A DNA stretch of 36,764 bases. Source: a virus. Positions 22,138 to 30,918 of the stretch are shown in pieces. The stretch lies in the IMG/VR virus record IMGVR_UViG_3300045988_146803, one strand, 5' to 3'. A program made the position numbers and the translations under genes. A model generated the notes under the pieces. That model did not search any database and had not been told where the DNA came from. It worked only from the letters and a program-made list of their open reading frames with translations. How positions within the stretch are numbered: the stretch's first letter is position 1; every line of letters starts with the position of its first letter.

Positions 22138-23912
22138 ATACCATCTTAGCCAGCGCCATGCCCCCGGAAGCCCTTCCGGCGGATGGACAGAACATCAGAG
22201 CACCGGACAAGCACGCCGCCCTGTCACGGATCAAGCTCTTGAAGAACAAAAGAAACCCCTATATCGAACGATGGAAAGCCATCAGAGACTACGAGCTCCC
22301 CTTCTTAGGAGAATTCGATGATACTGACGACGAAACAGATAAAGGCAGAAGACGCGACCTCGCCATCAGCAACGGCGTCGCATGGCTCGCCAATCAGGCC
22401 TTCGCAGCCGGTATCATGTCAGGGCTTACACCGCCTTCCCGGCAGTGGTTCAAGTTCGGTTTCTCCGTGGATCAGGAAAACATAGAAGCCGAAAGACTTC
22501 TTGACGAACGGCAGTCCATCGTAGAAGCCGTGCTGCACAGATCCAACTTCTACAATACCATCCACGCCTGCTACACGGAGCTTCCTTTCGGGCAGGCACC
22601 TATAGCCGTATTCCCATCACCGGAAAGCGGCGTCCGCTTCCAGGCATTCACCATTGGTTCCTACTACATTGACACATCAGCAGGGAACCGCATCAACACC
22701 TTTGCCCGGAAAATCAAAATGAATGCCGACCAGATCGTGCAGCAGTTCGGGAAAGACCATTTGCCAAGGAACGTACAAGACGCGTTCAACACCCCATCGA
22801 GACGCTATGATATGGCCTTCGACGTGTGGTGGCTCGTCATGCCCAATGACAGCAAAAGGAACGGCCCATCGAATAAGGACATGCCCTTCCAGTCCCTCTA
22901 CTGGGTAGACGGGCAGGATCCCAATGAAAACGGCGGCTTCCTCTATACCGGTGGCTTTGAAGAATGCCCCGTATTGGTGGCCAGATACCAAATCACGGGT
23001 AACGACTCCTACGGGAAAGGGCCCGGATGGTACGCCGAAGGCGATGCCAAGTCCCTGCAGATCATGAAGAAGGATTTCCTGACCGCGATTGAACTTACCG
23101 TCAAGCCGCCTTTGACCACGGATGCCAGCACCTATCAGAGCGGCGTCAACTGCTATCCCGGCGGCGTCACTGTCACCAATACCCAAATGGGAGGGCAGGG
23201 AGTCGTTCCCCTGTTCCAGGCGCCGACCAACCTGCAGTGGATGGCGCAGGAAATCCAGAGACTGGAAGACACCATCAAGAGGACCTATAGCGCCGACCTC
23301 TTCCTCATGCTCGAATCCATCGATAACCCGCAGATGACAGCGAGAGAAGTCATGGAACGCCAGCAGGAAAAGCTGCAGCAGCTAGGCCCTGTCGTCGAGA
23401 GACTCCAGGACGAATTCTTAACCCCCATCATCGAACGGGTTTACAACATCCTTGAGAGAAACAACATCTTCCCGCCCATTCCTGATGAGCTCGCAGCCGA
23501 ACTCTCCGAAGCCGACGTGAAGATTGAATACATTTCTCCGCTTGCCCAGGCACAGAAGATGAGTGGCCTTGTGAACATTGAACAAGCCCTCGCCTTCGTA
23601 GGACAAATGGCGCAGCTCTATCCAGAAGCCCTGAAGATGGTAGATCCATTAGGCACCGTCAAGAAATACTTCGACCTCTTAGGCGCTCCGGCGGCTATGC
23701 AGAGAAGCACCGAAGAAGCCCAGCAGCTGATCCAGCAGGAACAGCAGGCCATGATGCAGCAGGAAGAAGAGCAGAAACAGCTCGCACAGGCGCAGGCATT
23801 AGCCCCTGTCGCACAGGCAGCCAAGAACCTATCTGACGCCGCGCAGAACGGAAACCCAGCTCTTCAGAACCTATTAGGCGTCAACGGGCCGGGAGGACCA
23901 TCCGTATTATGA
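22134..23912 (+). CDS. Portal protein (podovirus head-to-tail connector type)
   Basis: 592 aa, directly after terL. The N-terminal pattern RNPYIERWKAIRDYELPF...LTPPSRQWFKF resembles T7 gp8-type connectors. Gln-rich C-terminus. Confidence 0.8.
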   Translation: MNTILASAMPPEALPADGQNIRAPDKHAALSRIKLLKNKRNPYIERWKAIRDYELPFLGEFDDTDDETDKGRRRDLAISNGVAWLANQAFAAGIMSGLTPPSRQWFKFGFSVDQENIEAERLLDERQSIVEAVLHRSNFYNTIHACYTELPFGQAPIAVFPSPESGVRFQAFTIGSYYIDTSAGNRINTFARKIKMNADQIVQQFGKDHLPRNVQDAFNTPSRRYDMAFDVWWLVMPNDSKRNGPSNKDMPFQSLYWVDGQDPNENGGFLYTGGFEECPVLVARYQITGNDSYGKGPGWYAEGDAKSLQIMKKDFLTAIELTVKPPLTTDASTYQSGVNCYPGGVTVTNTQMGGQGVVPLFQAPTNLQWMAQEIQRLEDTIKRTYSADLFLMLESIDNPQMTAREVMERQQEKLQQLGPVVERLQDEFLTPIIERVYNILERNNIFPPIPDELAAELSEADVKIEYISPLAQAQKMSGLVNIEQALAFVGQMAQLYPEALKMVDPLGTVKKYFDLLGAPAAMQRSTEEAQQLIQQEQQAMMQQEEEQKQLAQAQALAPVAQAAKNLSDAAQNGNPALQNLLGVNGPGGPSVL

Positions 23913-24259
23913 AACACGCCATCGTAGATCCAAATTCCAGAGACGCCCGCTGGACGAAATACTTTCTGCAGTGTCAGAAAGACAAAGACAAAGACTCCAT
24001 CCAGAAAGTCGTCAAGACAGAAGAAGGAAGGTGGATCCTTTCCAGGATCCTCAACATGAGCGGACTCAACACCAGCTCCTACACAGGGAATGCCGAGACC
24101 TACTTCCGGGAAGGAAGACGAGAAGTCGGCATCGAAATCACCAACCTGATCCTTGATACCATGGGCCTCGAAGAAGGACATAAGGCTATCCAAAAGATCG
24201 ACAAAGATTTCATAGACTTCAAAATCCGGCAGAACCGGATATTCAACAAGGAGGACTGA
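23909..24259 (+). CDS. Bbp19-like head-morphogenesis-associated protein
   Basis: EEGRWILSRILNMSGLNTSSYTGNAETYFREGRREVGIEITNLIL fits the Bbp19-family pattern (G..vL..l...g.....f.......eGrR.vG..i). It lies between portal and scaffold. Confidence 0.6.
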   Translation: MKHAIVDPNSRDARWTKYFLQCQKDKDKDSIQKVVKTEEGRWILSRILNMSGLNTSSYTGNAETYFREGRREVGIEITNLILDTMGLEEGHKAIQKIDKDFIDFKIRQNRIFNKED

Positions 24260-24261
24260 AT

Positions 24262-24915
24262 ATGGATACCCAGAACAATGACATGAACACTGGAACCGAT
24301 CAGCAGACACCACAGAACACACCGACAGACAATCAGCAGAACCCACAGGGCGCAGGAGCCCAGGGAAACCAGAACCAGCAGACACCGCAGGACAACAAAC
24401 CATCCGGCACCCTGTTATCAGGAGCAGGGAAAGCCACAGGCGCTCCGGACACCTATGACTTTACTGCATCCCTTCCAGAAGGAATGGAACTCGACCAGGA
24501 CACCGCCGACTCCTTCGGCGAACTCGCACGAGGCATGAACCTCACCAATGACCAGGCAAACGAACTGGCCAAATTTGGCTATGAATGGGCGGGCAAAGTC
24601 GGGGAAGCCTACCAGAAGGCGCAGCAGGAAGAAGCAGACGCTAACGCCGCTGCAGCCATGAAAGAACTGGGCAAAGACTTTGAACCAACCGTCGCAAGAG
24701 CCGGGATCCTCATGAACTACCTTGAAAGGCAGATCCCCGGCATCCGAGACTCCTTCGCAGGATCCGCTGTATTCTCATCCCTTCCCATGCTGAAAGCCTT
24801 TGCCCTCCTTGGCGATCTGATTTCCGAAGACGGCGGAATCAAGACCAATACAGCAGCCGCCACCAAAGAAGACAATCCATACCCCAACACCGATTGGGAA
24901 TCATTAAAAAGATAA
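24262..24915 (+). CDS. Scaffolding protein
   Basis: Position immediately upstream of the capsid gene. Disordered Q/N/P-rich N-terminus, then a helical acidic region (PDTYDFTASLPEGMELDQDTADSF...NDQANELAKF). Confidence 0.65.
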   Translation: MDTQNNDMNTGTDQQTPQNTPTDNQQNPQGAGAQGNQNQQTPQDNKPSGTLLSGAGKATGAPDTYDFTASLPEGMELDQDTADSFGELARGMNLTNDQANELAKFGYEWAGKVGEAYQKAQQEEADANAAAAMKELGKDFEPTVARAGILMNYLERQIPGIRDSFAGSAVFSSLPMLKAFALLGDLISEDGGIKTNTAAATKEDNPYPNTDWESLKR

Positions 24916-24926
24916 GGAGATAAACC

Positions 24927-25943
24927 ATGTCAACCATTGGAAACCTTGCACTCAATTTCAATGACCTCCGAAAGCGTCAGGCACCGGACGGCACCATTGA
25001 TCACATCATCGAAGTATTAAAACAGTCCAACCCCATCATGGACGACATCAAGTGGAAACAGGGGAACCTGCCGACCGGCAACCAGACCACGCAGCGCACC
25101 TCCATCCCGACACCGTCCCTCCGCGCCATCAATAAAGGCGTGCAGCCGACCAAGTCCAGCACCAAACAGGTAAGAGACACCTGCTGCATTTTGGAAGCCC
25201 GTTCCCGTGTCGACATCGAACTCCTTCAGCTCGAACCAGATCCGCAGGCATTCCGCCGCTCTGAAGACGACGCGCATATCGAAGGCTTCTCTGAAAAAGT
25301 CGCCAGCATGATCTTCTACGGCGACTCCGACGAGAAGCTCGACGAATTCAACGGCTTCGCGAAACGCTACAATCACTTCGGTGGGAAAAAAGGAGACTAT
25401 TCTTATCAGGTCAGAGACGCAGGCGGCAAGACCGATGGCGCCCTTTCCTCCGTCTGGCTTATCGGATGGAGCAACAGCGTCTCTGGCATTTACCCGAAGT
25501 ACGGTTACGCAGGCCTTAAGATGAGAGACCTCGGAGAACGCACCGTAGAAGACGCAGAAGGCGGCTCCTATCAGGCACTTGAATCTCTCTTCACATGGAA
25601 GCCGGGCCTCATGGTGGCAGATCCTCGCATGGTTGCAGCTGTCAGAAACATCGATACCGCTACTCTCCTCGAAGCTACCGACGAGCAGAAGAAGAGCTTC
25701 ATGGATCAGCTCATTTATGCGAAGAACTCCCTCAGAAGAATCCAGGGCGAAAACATGAAGCTGGGTATCTACGTATCCGAGAAAGTCTACGACTTCCTCG
25801 AATCCTACCTCATGGACAAGAACCACGTTCACGTTACCCGTCAGGACTTCGCAAACGGCACTTCTGTACTCGCACTCTTCGGCATCCCGGTATACAAGGA
25901 AGATGCCCTGAAGGATACCGAGCCACTCATTACCGAAGCATAA
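24927..25943 (+). CDS. Major capsid protein (HK97-fold, BPP-1/epsilon15-like family)
   Basis: Strong RBS, 338 aa, strongly C-biased third codon positions. The pattern DGTIDHIIEVLKQSNPIMDDIKWKQGNLPTGNQTTQRTSIPTPSLRAINKGV...FYGD matches this MCP family. Confidence 0.8.
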   Translation: MSTIGNLALNFNDLRKRQAPDGTIDHIIEVLKQSNPIMDDIKWKQGNLPTGNQTTQRTSIPTPSLRAINKGVQPTKSSTKQVRDTCCILEARSRVDIELLQLEPDPQAFRRSEDDAHIEGFSEKVASMIFYGDSDEKLDEFNGFAKRYNHFGGKKGDYSYQVRDAGGKTDGALSSVWLIGWSNSVSGIYPKYGYAGLKMRDLGERTVEDAEGGSYQALESLFTWKPGLMVADPRMVAAVRNIDTATLLEATDEQKKSFMDQLIYAKNSLRRIQGENMKLGIYVSEKVYDFLESYLMDKNHVHVTRQDFANGTSVLALFGIPVYKEDALKDTEPLITEA

Positions 25944-25953
25944 GGAGGACACC

Positions 25954-26295
25954 ATGATCTACGACAAAGAAAACGCATTCATTTTTGATAAAGACGTATC
26001 CACCACCCCGGACGTCATCGCAAACGGCATGGGAGGAAACGCAGGCGATGAACTCTTTCTCGCTGCCAAATTCGCCTCTCCACTTACGGCGGCCGCCGTG
26101 ATCACACTGAAGACGGCAGACGCTGCTGCTCTTGATAGCGCGGCCACCCTCTGCACACTGACCATCCCGGTAGGCGCACAGAAGGGATTTATCAAAGTCC
26201 CCTACGGCGCAAAGAAATTCTACGGCATCTCCGTCACCGGCCCCACCAGCGGCAAGTGCACCATCGCCCTCACACTGGACAGCGAGCTTGAATGA
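25954..26295 (+). CDS. Putative capsid decoration/cement protein
   Basis: 113-aa beta-rich product directly after the MCP with a strong RBS (TAAGGAGGA). The functional call rests on position only. Confidence 0.45.
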   Translation: MIYDKENAFIFDKDVSTTPDVIANGMGGNAGDELFLAAKFASPLTAAAVITLKTADAAALDSAATLCTLTIPVGAQKGFIKVPYGAKKFYGISVTGPTSGKCTIALTLDSELE

Positions 26296-26444
26296 AAGAG
26301 ATACATATTAACGAGATCGGAAAAGGAAAGCTCGAAGACCTTTCACCCAATGAACTCCGTGCCCTCTGCTGGAAAGAGGGCATAGAGATCAAAGGGGATA
26401 TCAAGACCAAGAAACAACTGATCGATCTCATCAAGAAACATTAG
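26292..26444 (+). CDS. Small HeH/Rho-N-like domain protein (50 aa, below ORF-track cutoff)
   Basis: MKEIHINEIGKGKLEDLSPNELRALCWKEGIEIKGDIKTKKQLIDLIKKH. The L..L...ELR.L....GI......KTK..LI.LI pattern resembles Rho N-terminal/SAP-like modules. ATGA-coupled start. Confidence 0.55.
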   Translation: MKEIHINEIGKGKLEDLSPNELRALCWKEGIEIKGDIKTKKQLIDLIKKH

Positions 26445-26452
26445 GAGAAATC

Positions 26453-27064
26453 ATGTACAGCACAGATATCTGCAACATCGCCCTCTCCTCAATCGGACAG
26501 GGACAGATCGCTTCCATCGACGAAGACAGCGAGGCAGCGCGTCAGTGCAAACTCTACTATGAACTGACAAGAAAAAGCCTTCTTTCCTCATTCCGCTGGG
26601 GCTTCGCGGAAAGATCGGAAAAACTTGCCTTAGTAGACACCACCGTCCCGAAATGGGAATTTGCCTATGCACTGCCAAAGAAATGTCTCATCGTCCGCCA
26701 GCTCTACAACAAGAACGGCGACATCATTGAAACGGATGAATCTGCCAAAGATGATACCTATCACGAGTTTCAGATCGCCCTCATGAACGAGAGTCAGAGG
26801 ATCATCATGGCAGACATCGAAGATGCATGGATGGACTACACCGCAGATATCGAAAACGCTGAACTTTTCGACTCCTCCTTTGCCGAAGCCCTGGCCCACA
26901 AATTAGCAAGTCACATTGCAATGCCATTAAGCGGCAGCCAGAACATGGCACAGTCACAGTACCAGCTCTATCAGATTGCCATCCAGCAGGCCATGTACAC
27001 CTCTGCGATCCAGAACCACCACAAGCCTTCTTATCCAACCAAGTACTTTGACGCAAGGAGATAA
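26453..27064 (+). CDS. Head-tail adaptor / tail tubular protein A-like (T7 gp11 position)
   Basis: 203 aa (T7 gp11 is 196 aa, from memory). N-terminal ICNIALSSIGQGQIASIDEDSEAARQCKLYYELTRKSLLSSFRWGFA is a recurrent podovirus structural-protein pattern. Confidence 0.55.
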   Translation: MYSTDICNIALSSIGQGQIASIDEDSEAARQCKLYYELTRKSLLSSFRWGFAERSEKLALVDTTVPKWEFAYALPKKCLIVRQLYNKNGDIIETDESAKDDTYHEFQIALMNESQRIIMADIEDAWMDYTADIENAELFDSSFAEALAHKLASHIAMPLSGSQNMAQSQYQLYQIAIQQAMYTSAIQNHHKPSYPTKYFDARR

Positions 27065-27066
27065 CC

Positions 27067-29769
27067 ATGAAAGAAACCATCTATCTCATGCAGTCATCCT
27101 TTGCGACCGGCGAAGTTTCCCCGGAAGTCGCCAGCCGCATAGACATGGAGAAATACCAGGCCGCTTTACTGCAGGCCGAGAACTGCTATATCAGGCCTTA
27201 TGGCGCTGTATACAAAAGACCCGGATCGATCTATTGCGGCATGGCCAAGAAGAATAAAGTTCGTCTGATTGAATTCAAGTCTACTGTGAACCATGCCTTT
27301 CTCCTTGAAGTAGGAGAAGGGTATATCCGCATCTGGAAGGACGGAAAATTTACCAATCAGGAAATCGTGACCCCTTACAAGGAATCCGAACTTCCCAAGC
27401 TCCGCACCTGCCAGAGCGCCGACATCATGTACATCGCCTCCGGCGCCCATCCCGTCATGCAGCTCAAACACTATTCTGACACCGACTGGCGCTTCGAAGA
27501 AATGGTGATGAATAGTCAGTACTTCGATGAGTTCTTAACAGTTAGTAACAACGTGGTAGACGAGATATGGAATAAAGCCGGAACATACGCATGGGAATGC
27601 CACAAGGCAGGGAACTATGCCGTGACCGTAGCGGGCGGCGGTGGCGGCGGAGCCGATACCGTGAGCCACTACAGAGACAGCAGATACAAAGAGGACGGAA
27701 GTACGGTAGAAGCTGCCGGTGGTATCGGCGGGAATGGTGCTGCTGTATCACAATCTGTCTACTGCAAAGAAAATACCACTTACACCATCACCGTAGGGGA
27801 CGGGGGAGAAAAAGGATCACCGGGAAATTCCGGAGGAAATTCCACCGCCTTCGGACTCACCGCGCAGGGGGGCGGCGGGGGACAACTGGGTACATTCACC
27901 GGTACAAGAAGGCCACACAAACCCTACACCGTATATACGGGGCATGCGGGTGAAGCAGGCGTCTCCTACGGTAATGGCGGACAGGGAAGTCATAACAAAG
28001 GGAATCCAGGATGGGTGGCCGTCAAATCCATGGATGAGCCTACCCTGACTATCTCCGGCACCGCAGGTGAAGTCACGCTCTCCTCGGATAAACCCTTCTT
28101 CTCTGCGGACATGAAAGGCATGTGGATGAAGATTTCTCAGGACATCGCCTCCAAGTCCGTCACCGCCAGCGGGGCCATGACCACAGATCCCATACCCGTA
28201 GGAAACGGATGGAAGATCATCACCCATGGCACATGGACGGGGCAGGTGGTCATCCAGAAATCCACGAATGGCGGCGAATGGAAAGACTTCAGGACCTACA
28301 AATCGAATGACGACAACAACGTCAGCGAATCCGGCACCGTCGATGAAGCAGACAATGTCAAAATGAGACTTGTCACCACTGCAGGTAAAGCCGACCTCAC
28401 ATCGACCGCCTACACCAAGTCCGGCATCATTCAGATCGAAACCGTGAATTCAGCAACCAGCGCCACCTGCCTTGTGAAAAAAGTCATTGGTCAGGCGGGG
28501 AAAGTCGACAGCTACTCCTTCGGCGCATGGAACGAAAAATACGGCTATCCAAGGACCGTGGGATTCTTCCAAGACAGATTGATATTTGCCGGGACGAAGA
28601 CGCAGCCATACGTCCTATGGATGAGCAAGACCGGAGACTACAACAATTTCTCCGTCGAAAAAGCCTCCGGCACCGTGACAGACGACAGCGCCATCTGCCT
28701 TTCCTTTATTTCCCGTCAGCAGGCGGAGATCAAGCACATCTGCCCGGCAAGCGACCTCTTCGTCTTGACCGACTCCAATGAATGGATCGTTTCCGGCGGC
28801 AGCACCGTTACACCGTCCAAATGCACCAACAAGGCGCAGACCTTCCGCGGATGCACGGAAGTCGAACCTATCTCCATCGGCAGCCGTCTGATCTACGTGC
28901 AGAAACGGTCCCAGACCGTGCGAGACATGGCCTATTCTTTTGAGACCGATTCCTACGACGGCATGGACCTTACCCTTTTGGCCAAGCACCTTTTGAGAGG
29001 AAAGACCATCGTAGACGCTGCCTACATGCAGGATCCCGACTCCAGACTGTATTTCGTCCGTTCCGACGGGGAAATCATCTGCCTCGCCTACATCAATGAC
29101 CAGAAAGTCTATGCATGGTCCCATATCATCACAAAAGGGAAGTATCTTTCCGTCTGCACCGTGACAGCTGAAGAGACCGACGAAGTCTACACCGCCGTCG
29201 AAAGAAACGGTAAAACCTATATCGAGAAGATGGGAACAGACAAAGACTCCCAAGATCCGAAAGACTACATCATGACCGACTGCTCCAAAGTTCTCACCTT
29301 TGATGAGCCTGACGATGCAGCGTCAGTCGACTGGATCACTGGGACAGTTTCCGTATTGGCAGACGGGAAATTCTTCGAAAACGTAGAAATCAAAGAGGGG
29401 ACAGTGACACTTCCCACCAAAGTATCCTACATGATCATCGGCTATCCCTACCGGATGACCATCGAACTGCCTAACGTAGAAATTCAGGCACAGAACGGCA
29501 CCATGCAGGGGAGATATAAAAACGTCCGCACCGTTTCCCTAAGACTGCTGCACACCTTAGGAGGCAGTATCGGAAACGGCGTAGGAAGAAATGACACCAT
29601 CAAGTACGAGGAGCTCTCCAACCAGAAGATCTTCCTCTACACAGGAGATAAAGAAATCACCATACCCAACCAGGGCGTAGAGAAGAACGGGCGAGTCATC
29701 ATCACCTCTTCCGATCCCTACCCCTTCTATCTGGCAGCATTGATCAGAGGAGTGATCGTCAGTGAATAA
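27067..29769 (+). CDS. Nozzle / tail tubular protein B-like protein with inserted glycine-rich domain
   Basis: 900 aa in the T7 gp12 position. N-terminus SSFATGEVSPEVASRIDMEKYQAALLQAENCYIRPYGAVYKRPGS. Glycine-rich insert at aa ~168-321 (nt ~27568-28030). Confidence 0.65.
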   Translation: MKETIYLMQSSFATGEVSPEVASRIDMEKYQAALLQAENCYIRPYGAVYKRPGSIYCGMAKKNKVRLIEFKSTVNHAFLLEVGEGYIRIWKDGKFTNQEIVTPYKESELPKLRTCQSADIMYIASGAHPVMQLKHYSDTDWRFEEMVMNSQYFDEFLTVSNNVVDEIWNKAGTYAWECHKAGNYAVTVAGGGGGGADTVSHYRDSRYKEDGSTVEAAGGIGGNGAAVSQSVYCKENTTYTITVGDGGEKGSPGNSGGNSTAFGLTAQGGGGGQLGTFTGTRRPHKPYTVYTGHAGEAGVSYGNGGQGSHNKGNPGWVAVKSMDEPTLTISGTAGEVTLSSDKPFFSADMKGMWMKISQDIASKSVTASGAMTTDPIPVGNGWKIITHGTWTGQVVIQKSTNGGEWKDFRTYKSNDDNNVSESGTVDEADNVKMRLVTTAGKADLTSTAYTKSGIIQIETVNSATSATCLVKKVIGQAGKVDSYSFGAWNEKYGYPRTVGFFQDRLIFAGTKTQPYVLWMSKTGDYNNFSVEKASGTVTDDSAICLSFISRQQAEIKHICPASDLFVLTDSNEWIVSGGSTVTPSKCTNKAQTFRGCTEVEPISIGSRLIYVQKRSQTVRDMAYSFETDSYDGMDLTLLAKHLLRGKTIVDAAYMQDPDSRLYFVRSDGEIICLAYINDQKVYAWSHIITKGKYLSVCTVTAEETDEVYTAVERNGKTYIEKMGTDKDSQDPKDYIMTDCSKVLTFDEPDDAASVDWITGTVSVLADGKFFENVEIKEGTVTLPTKVSYMIIGYPYRMTIELPNVEIQAQNGTMQGRYKNVRTVSLRLLHTLGGSIGNGVGRNDTIKYEELSNQKIFLYTGDKEITIPNQGVEKNGRVIITSSDPYPFYLAALIRGVIVSE

Positions 29770-30232
29770 CAGCTACTACGGCGTGGACATTCGCACCATC
29801 GACAGCCTTGCCATGGCCGACCTTTTATCCCAGATCCTCGCGGGAAACATGCGAAAAGAAGACAGAGAAGAATTAGAAGCCCAGGGGCGCATGCCTTATG
29901 GCGGCCTCTATGAAAGCATGACAACTTCCATAGAAGCCTACTATGCCATTCATGAGAACATGCCGCTCGCTGCCTTCGGAATCGGCCTATGCCCGGAGGG
30001 ATGCTCCATCTGGATGCTCGGAACTACTATGTGCGAGCGCCACAAGAAAGCCCTGGTCGCTTGCATGCAAGACTACATCAAGGACAGCTTGAAGAAATAC
30101 AAAGCCCTTACCAATTACATTTCCAAAGACAACACCAAAGCCCTCCGCGTCATTAAAAAGATGGGAGCCGCCTTTGGGGAAGAAGTAGAAACGGGCGGGA
30201 AAACCTTCGTCCGCTTCACATTAAAGGAGTAA
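29762..30232 (+). CDS. Virion-associated protein (T7 gp13 position)
   Basis: GTG start overlaps the nozzle stop. 156 aa (T7 gp13 is 138 aa, from memory). No motif firmly recognised. Confidence 0.5.
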   Translation: MNNSYYGVDIRTIDSLAMADLLSQILAGNMRKEDREELEAQGRMPYGGLYESMTTSIEAYYAIHENMPLAAFGIGLCPEGCSIWMLGTTMCERHKKALVACMQDYIKDSLKKYKALTNYISKDNTKALRVIKKMGAAFGEEVETGGKTFVRFTLKE

Positions 30233-30234
30233 CT

Positions 30235-30915
30235 ATGTGCAGCGTATCCGCCGCCCTGATCGGCTTAACCGCCGCGCAGGGCATCACATCTATGGCCTCT
30301 GCTCATCAGCAGGCCAAAGCACAGTCTGCTTATTACAATTCTCAGGCAGAAGCCGCAGAGCAGAACGCGAGAATCGCAGACAAACAGAGAGAGCAGATTT
30401 CTGACCAGTACCTGCAGAAACAGCAGCAGCTTGACGCCAGAAGACGATTAGTCATTGGCCAGCATGCGGCAGAAGCAGGAGCAAGCGGCTTCACAAGCTC
30501 CGGATCCATGCAGGACATGGACGCTGCCACGATTGACGAATGGAGAAATTCCTCCATGAATCTTTTAGGCAATCAGAGAAATGACACCAAGAGCGCCTAC
30601 ATCAACCAGGTGAATTACATCAATCAGGCAAACAGCGCAAGAGCTGCTGCCTACAACGCCAGACAGCAGGGGAAGCAGGCCATGTTTGGCACCCTCCTTT
30701 CCACGGCTGCTTCCATCTACGGCGTAGCCAAGACCTACGGGAATGCAGCTAAACAGCCAGCCTCCGGCGGACTTCACCACCAGGCGGCTATGAGCGGAAT
30801 GCCGGAGACCATGACAGACCAGGTATATGCCATGAATCAGTACAAGCCGCAGAAACTTTCCTTGACCAAGAGTCCCTACTCGTGGCTAGGTGGTGGCTTC
30901 AAGATCGGGAGGTAA
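30235..30915 (+). CDS. Internal virion protein (T7 gp14 position)
   Basis: 226 aa, Ala/Gln-rich helical (QAKAQSAYYNSQAEAAEQNARIADKQREQISDQYLQKQQQLDARRR...). It has the composition and position typical of ejection/core proteins. Confidence 0.6.
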   Translation: MCSVSAALIGLTAAQGITSMASAHQQAKAQSAYYNSQAEAAEQNARIADKQREQISDQYLQKQQQLDARRRLVIGQHAAEAGASGFTSSGSMQDMDAATIDEWRNSSMNLLGNQRNDTKSAYINQVNYINQANSARAAAYNARQQGKQAMFGTLLSTAASIYGVAKTYGNAAKQPASGGLHHQAAMSGMPETMTDQVYAMNQYKPQKLSLTKSPYSWLGGGFKIGR

Positions 30916-30918
30916 AGC

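Noticed and set aside
25017-25955. 312-aa minus-strand ORF covering the capsid gene
   Set aside because: It is an antisense shadow of a strongly codon-biased gene with a perfect RBS and recognisable capsid motifs. The strong C bias at third positions keeps the complementary frame open.
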